Shown one piece after another: positions 44,210 through 54,819 of a stretch of DNA of 64,000 nt. The notes beneath the pieces are model-generated. The model made no database searches, was not told where the DNA came from, and was given only the letters and a program-made list of their open reading frames with translations. Positions within the stretch are counted from its first letter, which is position 1; every line of letters begins with the position of its first letter. This stretch comes from a virus (taxonomy: Duplodnaviria; Caudoviricetes): positions 1-64,000 of the IMG/VR virus record IMGVR_UViG_3300044723_001152. The stretch is one strand, 5' to 3'. A program made the position numbers and the translations under genes.

Positions 44210-46213
44210 CTATGCCCCTGCCACTTCACTAAACGCAACGCCAGTTCTTGTAGCGATGAAGTTTAGTTTGATGAAGTTGATTGAACGATTTGGTTTGACA
44301 AAAATGTCAGCCACAAATTCGTTTCTATCAATGATTTCACCCGTGTTGTTTGTTTCATCACACACTACTGAAAAGTCTGTGATACCTCTTCTACCTTGGA
44401 TGTCCCTTAGGAAAGGTTCTACTAGGTTTCTAAATTGTGCTCTTGTGAACTCATCATTGAACTCAAAGAGTTGGAATTTAGCAGCCGTAGATACTGCTTT
44501 CTCTAGGACCAAGAATAAACGTCTTACGTTAATTCTATCGAAAGCACTAGGTTTTGCCTGAGCAGTCTTATCACCAAACAAGACGGTGCCTTGTCCAGGG
44601 AATGTAACTACTGGGTTTACTCTTGCTTTATATAGTTCGTCACGCTGAGTTTGGTTAGGGTCGAATGCCAACTTAACCGCACCTCTAATCTGCCCTCTAC
44701 TGAAACCAGCAGGTGAGAAGAATGGGTCCGCTACGTTGTCTGTTCTCGCACATAATCCAGCGATATCACCACATAGTGGCACAAATCTATATACGTCATT
44801 GTATTTGTCGTACATGTACTTATAACCACTGTCGATGACAGCGTATGATGAACTTGCTAGACCATCAGCAAAAGCCTTGACATTAGAAGTCGCAACGATT
44901 TCATTTGCCACATTTACAACGTCTGCTCTCGCAGGTGAAATAAATGCCACACAATCTTTACGTCCTTCAGCGATATCAATTACCTTTGTTGCGTGTGTGT
45001 CTCCTGTAGCATCAGCCGCAGTAGCACCACCACCTTGAGATGGTCCGCCTATAAGTAAGTTTACCTCTTCCGTTTCAGCATCGCTAAATTTATCATATGC
45101 CAATGCCATCTCGCCAAGAGTTGGTTCGTTATCAGTTGTTCCACCAGATAGACTAGAATTAAAGATAGTCTGGTCTGCCGTACCCTGTTGGTCAAAAGTT
45201 TGTCCAAGTTTTGCTGAACCCGCATTTGCCAGTGTACTCTCATGGTCTAACCAATAGATGTATTTACTATTCTCATATAGGTAATCAACATAGTATATTG
45301 ATCCACCCTGCGCTGACTTAGCGTCAGAAGCCTGAGATAGTCCTTCATGTGTTTCTAATATTGTACCAGCAGTACCTGTAATACCACCATCTTCGTCAAC
45401 AACCGCGATGTGTAATTCATCTAATGAACCACCTGCGTTTGAAACGTCATCAGTAGTTGAAGGCGCTTGAGAGAAGTTGAAATAATATTCCCAATATCTT
45501 CTCACTTTTGCGTCATCAACTAATGCGTGTCTCAGACCACCATCAGATGTGACACCCGTTGAGGAATCAAATCTTTTGATTGTTAAAACATTTGTTGATA
45601 TTCCAGTTATCTTATAATAGAATCCAGAAGGTGCGCCCGCTGTAGCAGGTATAGCACTTGCGTCTCCAAATTCAATTATATCTCCTACTTGGAACTGTGT
45701 ACCGTCATCAACTGTAACAGTTGTTGATCCTACTGCCTTACCAGAACTTTCGTCAACGAGTATACCGCCACCTAAGTCCGGGCCAAATGCCGTAGAGTTT
45801 GTACACATAGATACTTTTAGATTGTTGCCTAGAGTCCCTGCTTCCCTTGCTCCCCAAGAGCCGTTAGAAGCCGCACCGCCGGCATAGTTATTTAAGTAAT
45901 GAGTTGTATTCTTAATCTGTAACCCGGTGCCACTTGAAGTCGCATTTAGGTTGCCAGTTGTTGCTCTCACTACCTTTAAGGCATTACCGTATTGTAAAAA
46001 GTTGGTCGCACTAAAAAAATATTCGAAATTCGCGGCAGTTGGTTTCCCAAAAATTTCCACGTATTCGTCTTCACTAGAGATAAGAACTACCTCGTCCATT
46101 GGCCCTTTCTCAGCAATAACACCAATAGCACCAATCGAAGTTGATACTGCCGGGATTACATTTGTGAGATCCTTTTCAGTTACGTTCACACCTGGTGATA
46201 CTAAAAAAGCCAT
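44210..46213 (-). CDS. gp18: Tail sheath protein
   Basis: SPGVNVTEKDL, FSPAGFSRG, FDRINVRRLF, FEFNDEFTR. Confidence 0.98.
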   Translation of the reverse strand: MAFLVSPGVNVTEKDLTNVIPAVSTSIGAIGVIAEKGPMDEVVLISSEDEYVEIFGKPTAANFEYFFSATNFLQYGNALKVVRATTGNLNATSSGTGLQIKNTTHYLNNYAGGAASNGSWGAREAGTLGNNLKVSMCTNSTAFGPDLGGGILVDESSGKAVGSTTVTVDDGTQFQVGDIIEFGDASAIPATAGAPSGFYYKITGISTNVLTIKRFDSSTGVTSDGGLRHALVDDAKVRRYWEYYFNFSQAPSTTDDVSNAGGSLDELHIAVVDEDGGITGTAGTILETHEGLSQASDAKSAQGGSIYYVDYLYENSKYIYWLDHESTLANAGSAKLGQTFDQQGTADQTIFNSSLSGGTTDNEPTLGEMALAYDKFSDAETEEVNLLIGGPSQGGGATAADATGDTHATKVIDIAEGRKDCVAFISPARADVVNVANEIVATSNVKAFADGLASSSYAVIDSGYKYMYDKYNDVYRFVPLCGDIAGLCARTDNVADPFFSPAGFSRGQIRGAVKLAFDPNQTQRDELYKARVNPVVTFPGQGTVLFGDKTAQAKPSAFDRINVRRLFLVLEKAVSTAAKFQLFEFNDEFTRAQFRNLVEPFLRDIQGRRGITDFSVVCDETNNTGEIIDRNEFVADIFVKPNRSINFIKLNFIATRTGVAFSEVAGA

Positions 46214-46255
46214 CTTGTTTTCTCCTAATTTTAAAATTAAAATGTTTCTTACTAC

Positions 46256-46262
46256 TATTTAG
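46256..46262 (-). promoter_or_regulatory. gp55 late promoter of gp18
   Basis: CTAAATA; SD AGGAG downstream. Confidence 0.65.
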
Positions 46263-46269
46263 TAAATCG

Positions 46270-47907
46270 TTATTTTCCGTCTCTGACTACTGGGTTCCAC
46301 ACTTGACCGTATGGATCTGTATAACTCTCTGTCTCTGGACCATCTATACCATTATCCACGAACCCAAATGGCGCCATGTCCTGTTCCATGAGGTGTGATT
46401 GTTCATCTACCAATCGTGCCCGTATATCTTGGTCAGTTAATTCTTTGAAGTATGTCTGGTTAGATAACCATGCGAACATCACCAGACAGGTGACTAAATC
46501 GTCAGTAGAACCCTCCTCAGCCTCGAACTTCTCCTTGCCCTTCGCCACATATGTCGATAACTCAGCGATGATATCAAAGTCATGGATCAGGTACTTGTCT
46601 GTCTCTATCATCGTCTTTAAGTTAGAACACCCAATCTTCTTTGTCGCTTTCGTGGTTCTCAACCCTAGTTGAGATTGTTTGCCACTGAAACCTGTTCCCG
46701 CAATCTGACCACTACGACCTCGTTGATTGACCATGATGAGGTTATCGTATTCTAAATCGAACTGTAACGTATCTGCCACCTGACCACCAATATCGTTGAC
46801 CTCCACCAATATCTCTGCCGTGTTGTAACTCATCGCAACCTTGTGGATAATCTGTGGGAATAACATTGGTCGTATCTCATTATCTCTGAACTTGCCTATC
46901 ACCTTGTATGGTATCTGTGTTGCGTCTGTGATGACGAAGGCACTATAATCGTTGACCGTACCACGTGCCACATCGACGGTAATCACGTACCTGTGACCTT
47001 TTATGGGCATTTCGTATATATCCAGCCCAGCATTACTTTGTATCGCTTGGTTGTGCGTTAATACTCTTAATTTCGATGAATTTATGAGGGTATCTACACT
47101 ACCTAGGAACTCACAATCAAACTCCGTTCGAAACTGTTGTTCACTCGTGTTTCGTATCGTCTCCGCCTTCCACTTCTCATCTCTGCCTGGCACCTCTGAC
47201 CAGTGAACCTCGATTGGCACATAACTGTTACGTTTATTCTGTGCGTCATTCCATAACTTGTAGAACATGTTCATACCATGTGGCGTTGATACTATCATCA
47301 CCTTCGATGATTTACCAGAAGATATCGTAGGATAAACTGAACTGAAAAACTGTTCAGCGATATTATTAGGGACATAGGCAAACTCGTCCAAGAATATGAC
47401 GTTGTAAGAACCACCACGCACAGCACTCGATGATGTTGCCGCGGCAAGTATTCTACTACCATTCTCCAACTCTAAACTACCCTTGTTCCAGTTAATGACA
47501 CCCTGTTGTAACCACTTTGGTAAATTCTCATATGCCAATTGTAATCGACCTAGTAGATCCCTGGCGATAGCAGCCTTGTTCGCAAGTATGGCGATATTCA
47601 CATTCGCATTGAATATGGCGTAGTGTAATAGGTAAGATATTATCGTTGTAGATTTACCAGTCTGTCTTGGTAACTTACAGATAGAGAAACGATTATCGTG
47701 GAATGTATCAACCATCTCTTTCTGGAAGTTATACATCTTAAATTTCTGTAGACCATGGTCTAGCGTGACTATCTGAATATAGTTAGTAATAAAGTAAACA
47801 GGATTCTCTTGGCACTTTATAAATTCTTCGACCTGTTTCTTTGTGAACTTAACCTTCTGGTTTGCGGCCTTCAGGTTAGGGTTACCCAAATAAGTTTTAT
47901 TTTCCAT
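46270..47907 (-). CDS. gp17: Terminase large subunit
   Basis: PRQTGKS, FLDEFA, VSTPHG, DVARG, DDLV. Confidence 0.98.
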   Translation of the reverse strand: MENKTYLGNPNLKAANQKVKFTKKQVEEFIKCQENPVYFITNYIQIVTLDHGLQKFKMYNFQKEMVDTFHDNRFSICKLPRQTGKSTTIISYLLHYAIFNANVNIAILANKAAIARDLLGRLQLAYENLPKWLQQGVINWNKGSLELENGSRILAAATSSSAVRGGSYNVIFLDEFAYVPNNIAEQFFSSVYPTISSGKSSKVMIVSTPHGMNMFYKLWNDAQNKRNSYVPIEVHWSEVPGRDEKWKAETIRNTSEQQFRTEFDCEFLGSVDTLINSSKLRVLTHNQAIQSNAGLDIYEMPIKGHRYVITVDVARGTVNDYSAFVITDATQIPYKVIGKFRDNEIRPMLFPQIIHKVAMSYNTAEILVEVNDIGGQVADTLQFDLEYDNLIMVNQRGRSGQIAGTGFSGKQSQLGLRTTKATKKIGCSNLKTMIETDKYLIHDFDIIAELSTYVAKGKEKFEAEEGSTDDLVTCLVMFAWLSNQTYFKELTDQDIRARLVDEQSHLMEQDMAPFGFVDNGIDGPETESYTDPYGQVWNPVVRDGK

Positions 47908-48298
47908 TTTTCTTTATCAGTTTTTGTAACTCAGCGGTAGAACCAACGAATAGGTTGTTCTCTACTTTACTAGGTCCTTTCTGTGTCTCCTCACCCAACT
48001 TCTTCATCTTCTCTTGTTGTTGTAATAATTTTTCTGATACCTCACTCACCGTCTTTATAAGTTGTCCTGCGACCTCATATGTTCGTGGGTGTTCAGTCTC
48101 TTTCGCAAGTTGTAAAATACCATCTAGGGCATCCTGCCCTCGCTCTACTAGATTATATAAATTCTCCCGACTATACTTGTAGTCGTTCATTATATCCTCT
48201 TGTTCTTTAGGGCGAGGTATCGCTGGTGTTTTCTCCTCAACTTCAACTTTAGGTGTTATGTCTAAAATCTCGTTGAGTTTATCCTCAACTTTTTTCAT
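47897..48298 (-). CDS. gp16: Terminase small subunit
   Basis: DYKYSRENLY, HPRTYEVAGQLIK, NNLFVGSTAELQK. Confidence 0.93.
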   Translation of the reverse strand: MKKVEDKLNEILDITPKVEVEEKTPAIPRPKEQEDIMNDYKYSRENLYNLVERGQDALDGILQLAKETEHPRTYEVAGQLIKTVSEVSEKLLQQQEKMKKLGEETQKGPSKVENNLFVGSTAELQKLIKKNGK

Positions 48299-49116
48299 TA
48301 GGAATCTTTATCTGTGCCAGAAACTGGATCGTATTCGTCAGCGTCCTGGAAGAAAGAGTGTTCTTCATTGAAACCAAAGTTATCGTCAGCGTCTGCCGTC
48401 GTAGGATTTGGTGTAACCACAAGTCTCTGTTCTCTCTTAGGTGAGTTAACAGGTGTATCTGTGTATTGATCCACTTGAACTCTCTTAATGATTTTCTGAG
48501 AAGTCACAGGTCCATATAGATACATCTTCGCTGTGAAATTCATCGTGTACATGATAACTCGTCTCTCTGTGAAGTTACCATCATAGGTATCTTCATATGA
48601 TACATCATTCAATACGATTGGTACATCTCTCACAATCTCCATTGTTGGTAGTACGTTTAGACTAATCGTATAGTCTGGTTGAAACATTGGTAGTATCTGT
48701 TCGACAATCTGTAAGGCATCCTCACTATTCTTCGCCATAGCGAATAGACTGAAACCTACATTGTATGGTACAGGCATGTAACTATGTTGTAGTGACTTAG
48801 CGTCTGCCCCTTTCACCTTCTTAAACTTTTGTATCCTGTTTAACTTTCTTGGTGCGTCATATGTGAGTGTGGTCATCTCAAAACCAACACGTGGTAAAGT
48901 CAATGCGGTCGTCTTTACGTTATCCGCACCCCTCGTACTATCTTGGTCTAGTCTAACTAAAAATTTTTGTTTTGGTCCGTACGCTAGTGGTACTTTCATC
49001 TTTTGTATCGTCTTACCAGTTGAGTTCTTACGATAGACGTACATATCGTTAAATAGTGTGCCAAAGGCAACGACCGTCTTTCTTATCAACTCATGGTATT
49101 GTGCATCTTTAAACAT
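48298..49116 (-). CDS. gp15: Tail sheath stabilizer/completion protein
   Basis: VAFGTLFN, VPLAYGPKQKF, LPRVGFE, PVPYN, QILPMFQP. Confidence 0.95.
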   Translation of the reverse strand: MFKDAQYHELIRKTVVAFGTLFNDMYVYRKNSTGKTIQKMKVPLAYGPKQKFLVRLDQDSTRGADNVKTTALTLPRVGFEMTTLTYDAPRKLNRIQKFKKVKGADAKSLQHSYMPVPYNVGFSLFAMAKNSEDALQIVEQILPMFQPDYTISLNVLPTMEIVRDVPIVLNDVSYEDTYDGNFTERRVIMYTMNFTAKMYLYGPVTSQKIIKRVQVDQYTDTPVNSPKREQRLVVTPNPTTADADDNFGFNEEHSFFQDADEYDPVSGTDKDS

Positions 49117-49985
49117 TATTTACTCCTTGGGTCTCCAAATGGGTTGTTTTCTGTGAAATCAAATATATCGTTCTCAGTATCAAAGTCATCTAACCCTGCC
49201 GCCGTGTCAAATGCCAAGTTATCACTATCGACACTATCTGAAGCCAAGTTACTTGTTAGATTATCCTCAAGTATTATATATTCAACGAAATTAGGGTCAT
49301 CTTCCAAGATGATATTATCAGCGTCCGTCTCATCAACGATTGTATCACCTGCCTCTGATAGGAGAGCAGATACATCGCCAGCGATATTTTCTGATAATAG
49401 GGAACCAGAACTTGTCGTGCCAGATTCCAGAGTGATTTGATTTTCTAATAAGTCTAATGTGACGTTATCAAGTTTCTCATCTATCTCTGTTAATCCAGTC
49501 TCAACACTCTCTGAACTGTAATCCCATGTAGAACATTTTAGTTTGAAGATAGGCAAGTCAGAAATCTGATACATTGGATCCTCGTCTTCAACGAAGTCAA
49601 CTTGCCAAAACTTTTTAAAGAGAGGCATGTATATAACATCACCCTCTTTTGGTCTATTAAATGTAAGTGTGTTTGATGGTTGGTCAACCAGTAATTCAAA
49701 AGTACGTCTCGCAACAACGAAGGTTAGTTCGTCTCGCATATCTAAACCAAACTTACCAATCAGGTCTCCCTGACCAGCAAAACCATTTACTTCTTCAACG
49801 TACATCTCAATCATGTACTCGTCAGTAAACTTATCAGTTGTATTACCTAGGACACCGTCAGTATATAGATTTTCTCTTGGCATATAATGAACATCATGTC
49901 CATATATTTTGAGTTGTTCTATAATTAAATCTTCGTAAAGATTTTTCTCTGCCCTGGTCCCATGTGCGAAGTATGTACTTCTCAT
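49116..49985 (-). CDS. gp14: Neck protein
   Basis: EQLKIYGHDVHYMPRE, KFGLDMRD, PKEGDVIY, NPFG. Confidence 0.93.
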   Translation of the reverse strand: MRSTYFAHGTRAEKNLYEDLIIEQLKIYGHDVHYMPRENLYTDGVLGNTTDKFTDEYMIEMYVEEVNGFAGQGDLIGKFGLDMRDELTFVVARRTFELLVDQPSNTLTFNRPKEGDVIYMPLFKKFWQVDFVEDEDPMYQISDLPIFKLKCSTWDYSSESVETGLTEIDEKLDNVTLDLLENQITLESGTTSSGSLLSENIAGDVSALLSEAGDTIVDETDADNIILEDDPNFVEYIILEDNLTSNLASDSVDSDNLAFDTAAGLDDFDTENDIFDFTENNPFGDPRSK

Positions 49986-49986
49986 A

Positions 49987-50814
49987 TTAACCTATCATGT
50001 ATTGCGGTGGTAACTCGTAAGATAATTGTATCTGTTCTTCTAACTTCGTTATTTCTTCCTGTGCCTGTGTGTATAGTTGTTCGCCATTAAGTTGAACACC
50101 ACCCAACATCGCAACACCTTGAAACTTGATTAAGTTAGCACCCCATTGTCTCTTAATTAATTGTATGAGGTATTTCTTTAAAAAGATATCGTCAAATACG
50201 TCCGTGAAAGTTGAACCATCTAGTTTTCTATAACACTCTATGATTAAGAAATCACCTGCGTCAACATCATTATCCCAATCCATGTCGATGTATAATCTGT
50301 TCTTGTGCATGTTGTATCTGACAGGTTTCTCACCAACCAATATGTGGTCTAACATATCTAAATGTCTCAACGTCATATCGTAGTGTATTATAGATGTAGA
50401 TGAGAAGTCGTATAGGTCATTCAATCTCAGTTGATATCTCACATCAAATAAATTCAATGCGGCTCTGTCTGAGAATGGGTATACTTGGATAACGGACATT
50501 ACGTTTGAGGGCATAGGAATATAATTCTTACCTTCTTTAAATGAAGCCGTAACCGTGCTGTCTGCTGTGTCTGTTACAGTTGAGAGGGTCTCGTTCGTCC
50601 TCGCTCTAGTCTTATCGTCCGCTGAGACTTGATACTTGAGGTACATTCTCTCTGTACCATCATAGTGATACTGTGCGAAATATTGTAACGCCTCGTCAAT
50701 ACGGTCCTCTACCTGGTCATCTTCAACGTTAATCTCAATGACTGGTTTGCCTAATGCTCTGAGGCAATATTGTTTAAGGGTCTCTCTTGTAGTAATCGGG
50801 TTATTCTGTGCCAT
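49987..50814 (-). CDS. gp13: Neck protein
   Basis: YCLRALGKPVIEINV, KRQWGANL.KF...GGVQLNG. Confidence 0.95.
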   Translation of the reverse strand: MAQNNPITTRETLKQYCLRALGKPVIEINVEDDQVEDRIDEALQYFAQYHYDGTERMYLKYQVSADDKTRARTNETLSTVTDTADSTVTASFKEGKNYIPMPSNVMSVIQVYPFSDRAALNLFDVRYQLRLNDLYDFSSTSIIHYDMTLRHLDMLDHILVGEKPVRYNMHKNRLYIDMDWDNDVDAGDFLIIECYRKLDGSTFTDVFDDIFLKKYLIQLIKRQWGANLIKFQGVAMLGGVQLNGEQLYTQAQEEITKLEEQIQLSYELPPQYMIG

Positions 50815-50833
50815 GTTATAGTCCTTATGAGAC

Positions 50834-50841
50834 TATTTATA
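50834..50841 (-). promoter_or_regulatory. gp55 late promoter of gp13
   Basis: TATAAATA. Confidence 0.75.
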
Positions 50842-50847
50842 ATGGTT

Positions 50848-53148
50848 TTAATATCTAACTACTACCCTATCGCCAGAAGCAGGTGCCGCGTCTAGTGTGA
50901 TGGTCGAACCAGAGTATGTGAAATCCTCTGTTGGTTCTTGCATTACACCGTTAATCGTCACAAAGAACTGGTCAACATCATATCCTGCCGCAACTGAAAC
51001 CGTAGTCGCACTACCATTTCCATCTAATGTTGCCTTATTCGCATAAGAAGCCACTTTAAATGTCTCGTTAGGGAATGTTATCGTTCTATCTGCCGTTGGA
51101 TCTGTTACTGTTAGAGTTGTTTCAAAAGAGTTATTTGAAGCACCCTCGAATACGATTGTACCATCTTCCGTGATATTGACACCGTCAAATGTCGAAGCAC
51201 CTGTAGATGTGAATGAAGTTGCCGTTACAGCGTCATTGAATGTCGCAGCCCCAGCCGCACTACCATCTATCGTTAAGAAGGTCGTATCTACCCCACCATC
51301 TGTTCCTTTGAATATGATATCTGTATCATCACCCTGTGCGTCTATTGTGATATCACCAGCACTTGTAGTTACATTTACTGCCGCGTCACCAACTGTGAAG
51401 TCATCATATGCCAGAGATATACCACCTTGCATATAAGTCTTAACTGTCTCTACAGTTGTCATCTTCATCGTGCCAGCATCGTTGATTAAGATACCATCAC
51501 CATCTGCCAGAGCGTCAGTACCTCTAGCGGTATCACCATCAATTAAGTTAATCTCTGCTGGTGTAGCCGTAATTTGGTCTGTCGAAGCAACCGCGAATGG
51601 TTGTAATGTACCTGCCACGTTTGCGATGTTAACTGTTCTATCTGCTGTTGGATCAATAACACCTAATGTTGTCTCAAATGAATCCGCAGTAGAACCTTCG
51701 AATACGATTGAACCACTGTTGATTAATCCTGTTGCCGTTACTGTAGATGATGAAGTTATCGCACCAGAACCAATAGTTCCTGCGAAAGTTACGTTGGCAC
51801 CATCAAATGTTGCCGCCGTAGTCGTGCCAGATTTTACAATCAGGTTATTTGAATTGTTTGTTAATGAAGCGAATTGTGAACCACCATCTTGTAATAGTAT
51901 GTCACCACCGTCAGCGTCAATCTTAATATCTCCTGGTGCGTCTAACGTTACGTCAGTTGCCCCATTTAAAACAAAGTCTAAGACGGTTGTACCACCCGCC
52001 TTCATAGTGATATTATCACCGTCAGCGTCTAGTATAATGTCTGTTGTTGCGTCTAATGTTATATCCGCTCCTGAATCAATCTCCGCAATTACTGGAGTTG
52101 TCAATGTTTTATTTGTTAGAGTATCAGTTGTATCTCTACCAACTAACTGTGTAGTTGCGTTTGGTATAGTTACCGTTCTGTCTGCTGTTGGATCTTCTAC
52201 CGCAAGAGTTGTCTCAAATGAGTCCGCAGTAGCACCCTCAAAAGTGAAAGAGTTAGTTACTGAGACAGTTGAGGAATCAATTGTTGTAGTTGAACCAGAA
52301 ACTGTTAAGTTACCTGCGATGGTAACATTCGCACCTGACATTGTGATAGCAGTAGTTGGTGAAGAACCTGATTGGATTCTTAATTCACCACCATTGTTAT
52401 TCAACGCACCGTATGTGGTGCCGCCATCTTTTAATACAACGTCCGCACCGTCAGCGTCTAATACGATATCTGCCCCAGCGTCTAATGTTATAGAGCCAGC
52501 GTTGTCGATTTCAGCGATAATTGGTGTCGTTAGTGTCTTGTTTGTTAATGTGTCTGTTGTTGCTCTACCTACTAATGTGTCAGTAGCATTTGGTAGAGTG
52601 AGTGTTCTATCTGCCGTTGGGTCAGTTACAGCGATAGTTGTTTCGAAACTGTCTGCTGTGTTACCCTCGAATATCAACGGACTTGCGTTAGAGAATATAC
52701 CTTGAGTTGCCGTTACTGTTGATGAAGATGTAATCGCACCAGAACCTACAGTCCCTGCGAAAGTTACATTGGCACCTGAGAAGGTTGCGGCAGTAGTTGT
52801 GCCTGACTTGATAATTAAGTTACCAGAACTATTTGTGGCACTACCAAAAGTTGTACCGCCATCTTTGAAGAATATATCTCCACCGTCAGCGTCTAAAACG
52901 ATATCCGTAGTTGCGTCAAGTGTGATAGTAGATCCACTATCAATCTCAGCAATAACTGGTGTCGTTAAAGTCTTGTTTGTTAAAGTCTGTGCGGCAGCAT
53001 TGGAAGTAATTTCAAAACCACCAGCAGCGGATCCGTCATGGATTCGCAACGTATCTAGTGTGGTATCTACACTAATTTCCCCTACAGCACCCGTAAATGA
53101 GTTGTTTTGAGAGGTAGTACCCCTTCTAAATTGTAACGCTGTTGGCAT
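50848..53148 (-). CDS. Tail fibre/adhesin with an Mtd_N-like N-terminal domain and repeat modules
   Basis: MPTALQFRRGTT...GEISVDT...HDG; repeats [13 protein letters not shown]..DPTADRT and LDADGGDI; C-terminal INGVMQEP..DFTYSG domain. Confidence 0.8.
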   Translation of the reverse strand: MPTALQFRRGTTSQNNSFTGAVGEISVDTTLDTLRIHDGSAAGGFEITSNAAAQTLTNKTLTTPVIAEIDSGSTITLDATTDIVLDADGGDIFFKDGGTTFGSATNSSGNLIIKSGTTTAATFSGANVTFAGTVGSGAITSSSTVTATQGIFSNASPLIFEGNTADSFETTIAVTDPTADRTLTLPNATDTLVGRATTDTLTNKTLTTPIIAEIDNAGSITLDAGADIVLDADGADVVLKDGGTTYGALNNNGGELRIQSGSSPTTAITMSGANVTIAGNLTVSGSTTTIDSSTVSVTNSFTFEGATADSFETTLAVEDPTADRTVTIPNATTQLVGRDTTDTLTNKTLTTPVIAEIDSGADITLDATTDIILDADGDNITMKAGGTTVLDFVLNGATDVTLDAPGDIKIDADGGDILLQDGGSQFASLTNNSNNLIVKSGTTTAATFDGANVTFAGTIGSGAITSSSTVTATGLINSGSIVFEGSTADSFETTLGVIDPTADRTVNIANVAGTLQPFAVASTDQITATPAEINLIDGDTARGTDALADGDGILINDAGTMKMTTVETVKTYMQGGISLAYDDFTVGDAAVNVTTSAGDITIDAQGDDTDIIFKGTDGGVDTTFLTIDGSAAGAATFNDAVTATSFTSTGASTFDGVNITEDGTIVFEGASNNSFETTLTVTDPTADRTITFPNETFKVASYANKATLDGNGSATTVSVAAGYDVDQFFVTINGVMQEPTEDFTYSGSTITLDAAPASGDRVVVRY

Positions 53149-53175
53149 TGTAATATTCTCCTATTGTTCTTCTTC

Positions 53176-53183
53176 TATTTATA
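53176..53183 (-). promoter_or_regulatory. gp55 late promoter
   Basis: TATAAATA upstream of the Mtd_N fibre gene. Confidence 0.75.
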
Positions 53184-53191
53184 ATGTTTTG

Positions 53192-54796
53192 TTATGCGAC
53201 ACTACCTAAATCTACGGACACACTTGAACCTCGTGGATCCATCTGGTCATATACTGTACCACTTGCCACGGCAAATGCGTCTGTGACACTTTCAAATGGT
53301 GTCTCACTCTGTGCCATATCGAAGTTACCACCTGCGGCAGGGTGTGTTGTGGTTGTTGAGTTACCAAAAAATACATCAGTTGTTGTCGCAAGTGTACCAG
53401 TTGAGTTTGGTAATGTTATCGTTCTATCAGCAGTTGGATCTTCTACCGTTAAGGTTGTCTCAAAACTGTCTGCCGTACTACCCTCAAAGATGATATTACC
53501 AGTCGTGGTAGCATTACCTGTTATCGATGGTGTCGCAAGTGTTCCACTGTTTATCGTTGGACTCGTTAGTGTTTTGTTCGTTAATGTCTCTGAACCAGTT
53601 AATGAAACAAAACTTTCAGATTGTAACGCACTATTAAATTCTGCCAGAGAACCTGTTATTGTGTTGTTTGCCAAGTCTATTGATTTATTCGTTAGTGTGT
53701 CTGTTGTTGCCTTACCAACTAATGTATCACTACCAGAACTTGGTAGCGTCAATGTGATATCAGCACTTGGATTACCTGGCGCTAGAGTTGTCTCAAAACT
53801 ATCTCCAGTTGATCCCTCAAATATTAAGTTTGTTGATATAGTACCATTGAAGGCTACAGTATCAGTTGCCGCGTCACCTATTGTGATTGTGCCACCGTTA
53901 AATGTAGTCGTACCAGTTACTGTTAGGTTACCATCTACACCAACATTACCTGCGGCAGTTATGTTTGCCCCACTAAATGTTAATGCCGTTGTCGTGCCTG
54001 ATTTGATTATTAGATTACCAGATGTATTTGTTAATGACCCGTAAGTTGTACCTGCGTCTTTTAAGAATACATCGCCACCATCAGCGTCTAAAACGATGTC
54101 CGTAGTTGCGTCAAGTGTAATCGTAGAACCACTATCTATCTCTGCTATGATAGGTGTTGTTAAAGTCTTGTTCGTTAATGTGTCTGTTGTCGCTTTACCT
54201 ACTAGAGTGTCTGACGCACTACTTGGTAAAGTTAGAGTTATGTCTGAACTAGGGTTACCTGGTGCCAGAGTTGTCTCAAAACTATCACCAGTCGAACCTT
54301 CAAATACTAAGTTACCTGAAATCGTACCATTGAAAGTAACAGTATCAGTATTGGCGTCACCAATTATGATATTACCATCACCCTCAGTTGTGCCAGTTAC
54401 TGTTAAGTTACCTGCGATTGTCGTATTCGCACCAGACATGGTTATGTTCGTTGTCGTTGAACTACCACTTGAAATTCTTAACTCGCCAGAGTTATTGACA
54501 AATCTACCAAATTCTGTGCCACCATCTTTTAAGATGATGTCTGCCCCATCAGCGTCCAGTATGATGTCTGCCGCACTATCTAATGTAATGTCACCAGATG
54601 ATGTTGAAAATCCATCACCAAATTCTATGGCATTACCTGCCCCATTTACTCTTAATACTTGACCCGCATTACCTAATGATGATAACCCTGTACCACCATG
54701 GATATGACCTACCGTCTCACCTGATTGAAACTCTGCTAACCCAGTAGCGTTACCACTACTGTCGAAGACCGTACGAATTGGAACTTTATCTGTCAT
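53192..54796 (-). CDS. Tail fibre-like repeat protein
   Basis: Same repeat modules as its neighbours; ends DLGSVA. Confidence 0.75.
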   Translation of the reverse strand: MTDKVPIRTVFDSSGNATGLAEFQSGETVGHIHGGTGLSSLGNAGQVLRVNGAGNAIEFGDGFSTSSGDITLDSAADIILDADGADIILKDGGTEFGRFVNNSGELRISSGSSTTTNITMSGANTTIAGNLTVTGTTEGDGNIIIGDANTDTVTFNGTISGNLVFEGSTGDSFETTLAPGNPSSDITLTLPSSASDTLVGKATTDTLTNKTLTTPIIAEIDSGSTITLDATTDIVLDADGGDVFLKDAGTTYGSLTNTSGNLIIKSGTTTALTFSGANITAAGNVGVDGNLTVTGTTTFNGGTITIGDAATDTVAFNGTISTNLIFEGSTGDSFETTLAPGNPSADITLTLPSSGSDTLVGKATTDTLTNKSIDLANNTITGSLAEFNSALQSESFVSLTGSETLTNKTLTSPTINSGTLATPSITGNATTTGNIIFEGSTADSFETTLTVEDPTADRTITLPNSTGTLATTTDVFFGNSTTTTHPAAGGNFDMAQSETPFESVTDAFAVASGTVYDQMDPRGSSVSVDLGSVA

Positions 54797-54801
54797 ACTA
54801 C

Positions 54802-54809
54802 TATTTATA
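54802..54809 (-). promoter_or_regulatory. gp55 late promoter
   Basis: TATAAATA, 5 nt before ATG 54796. Confidence 0.75.
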
Positions 54810-54819
54810 TCCTTTTAGT

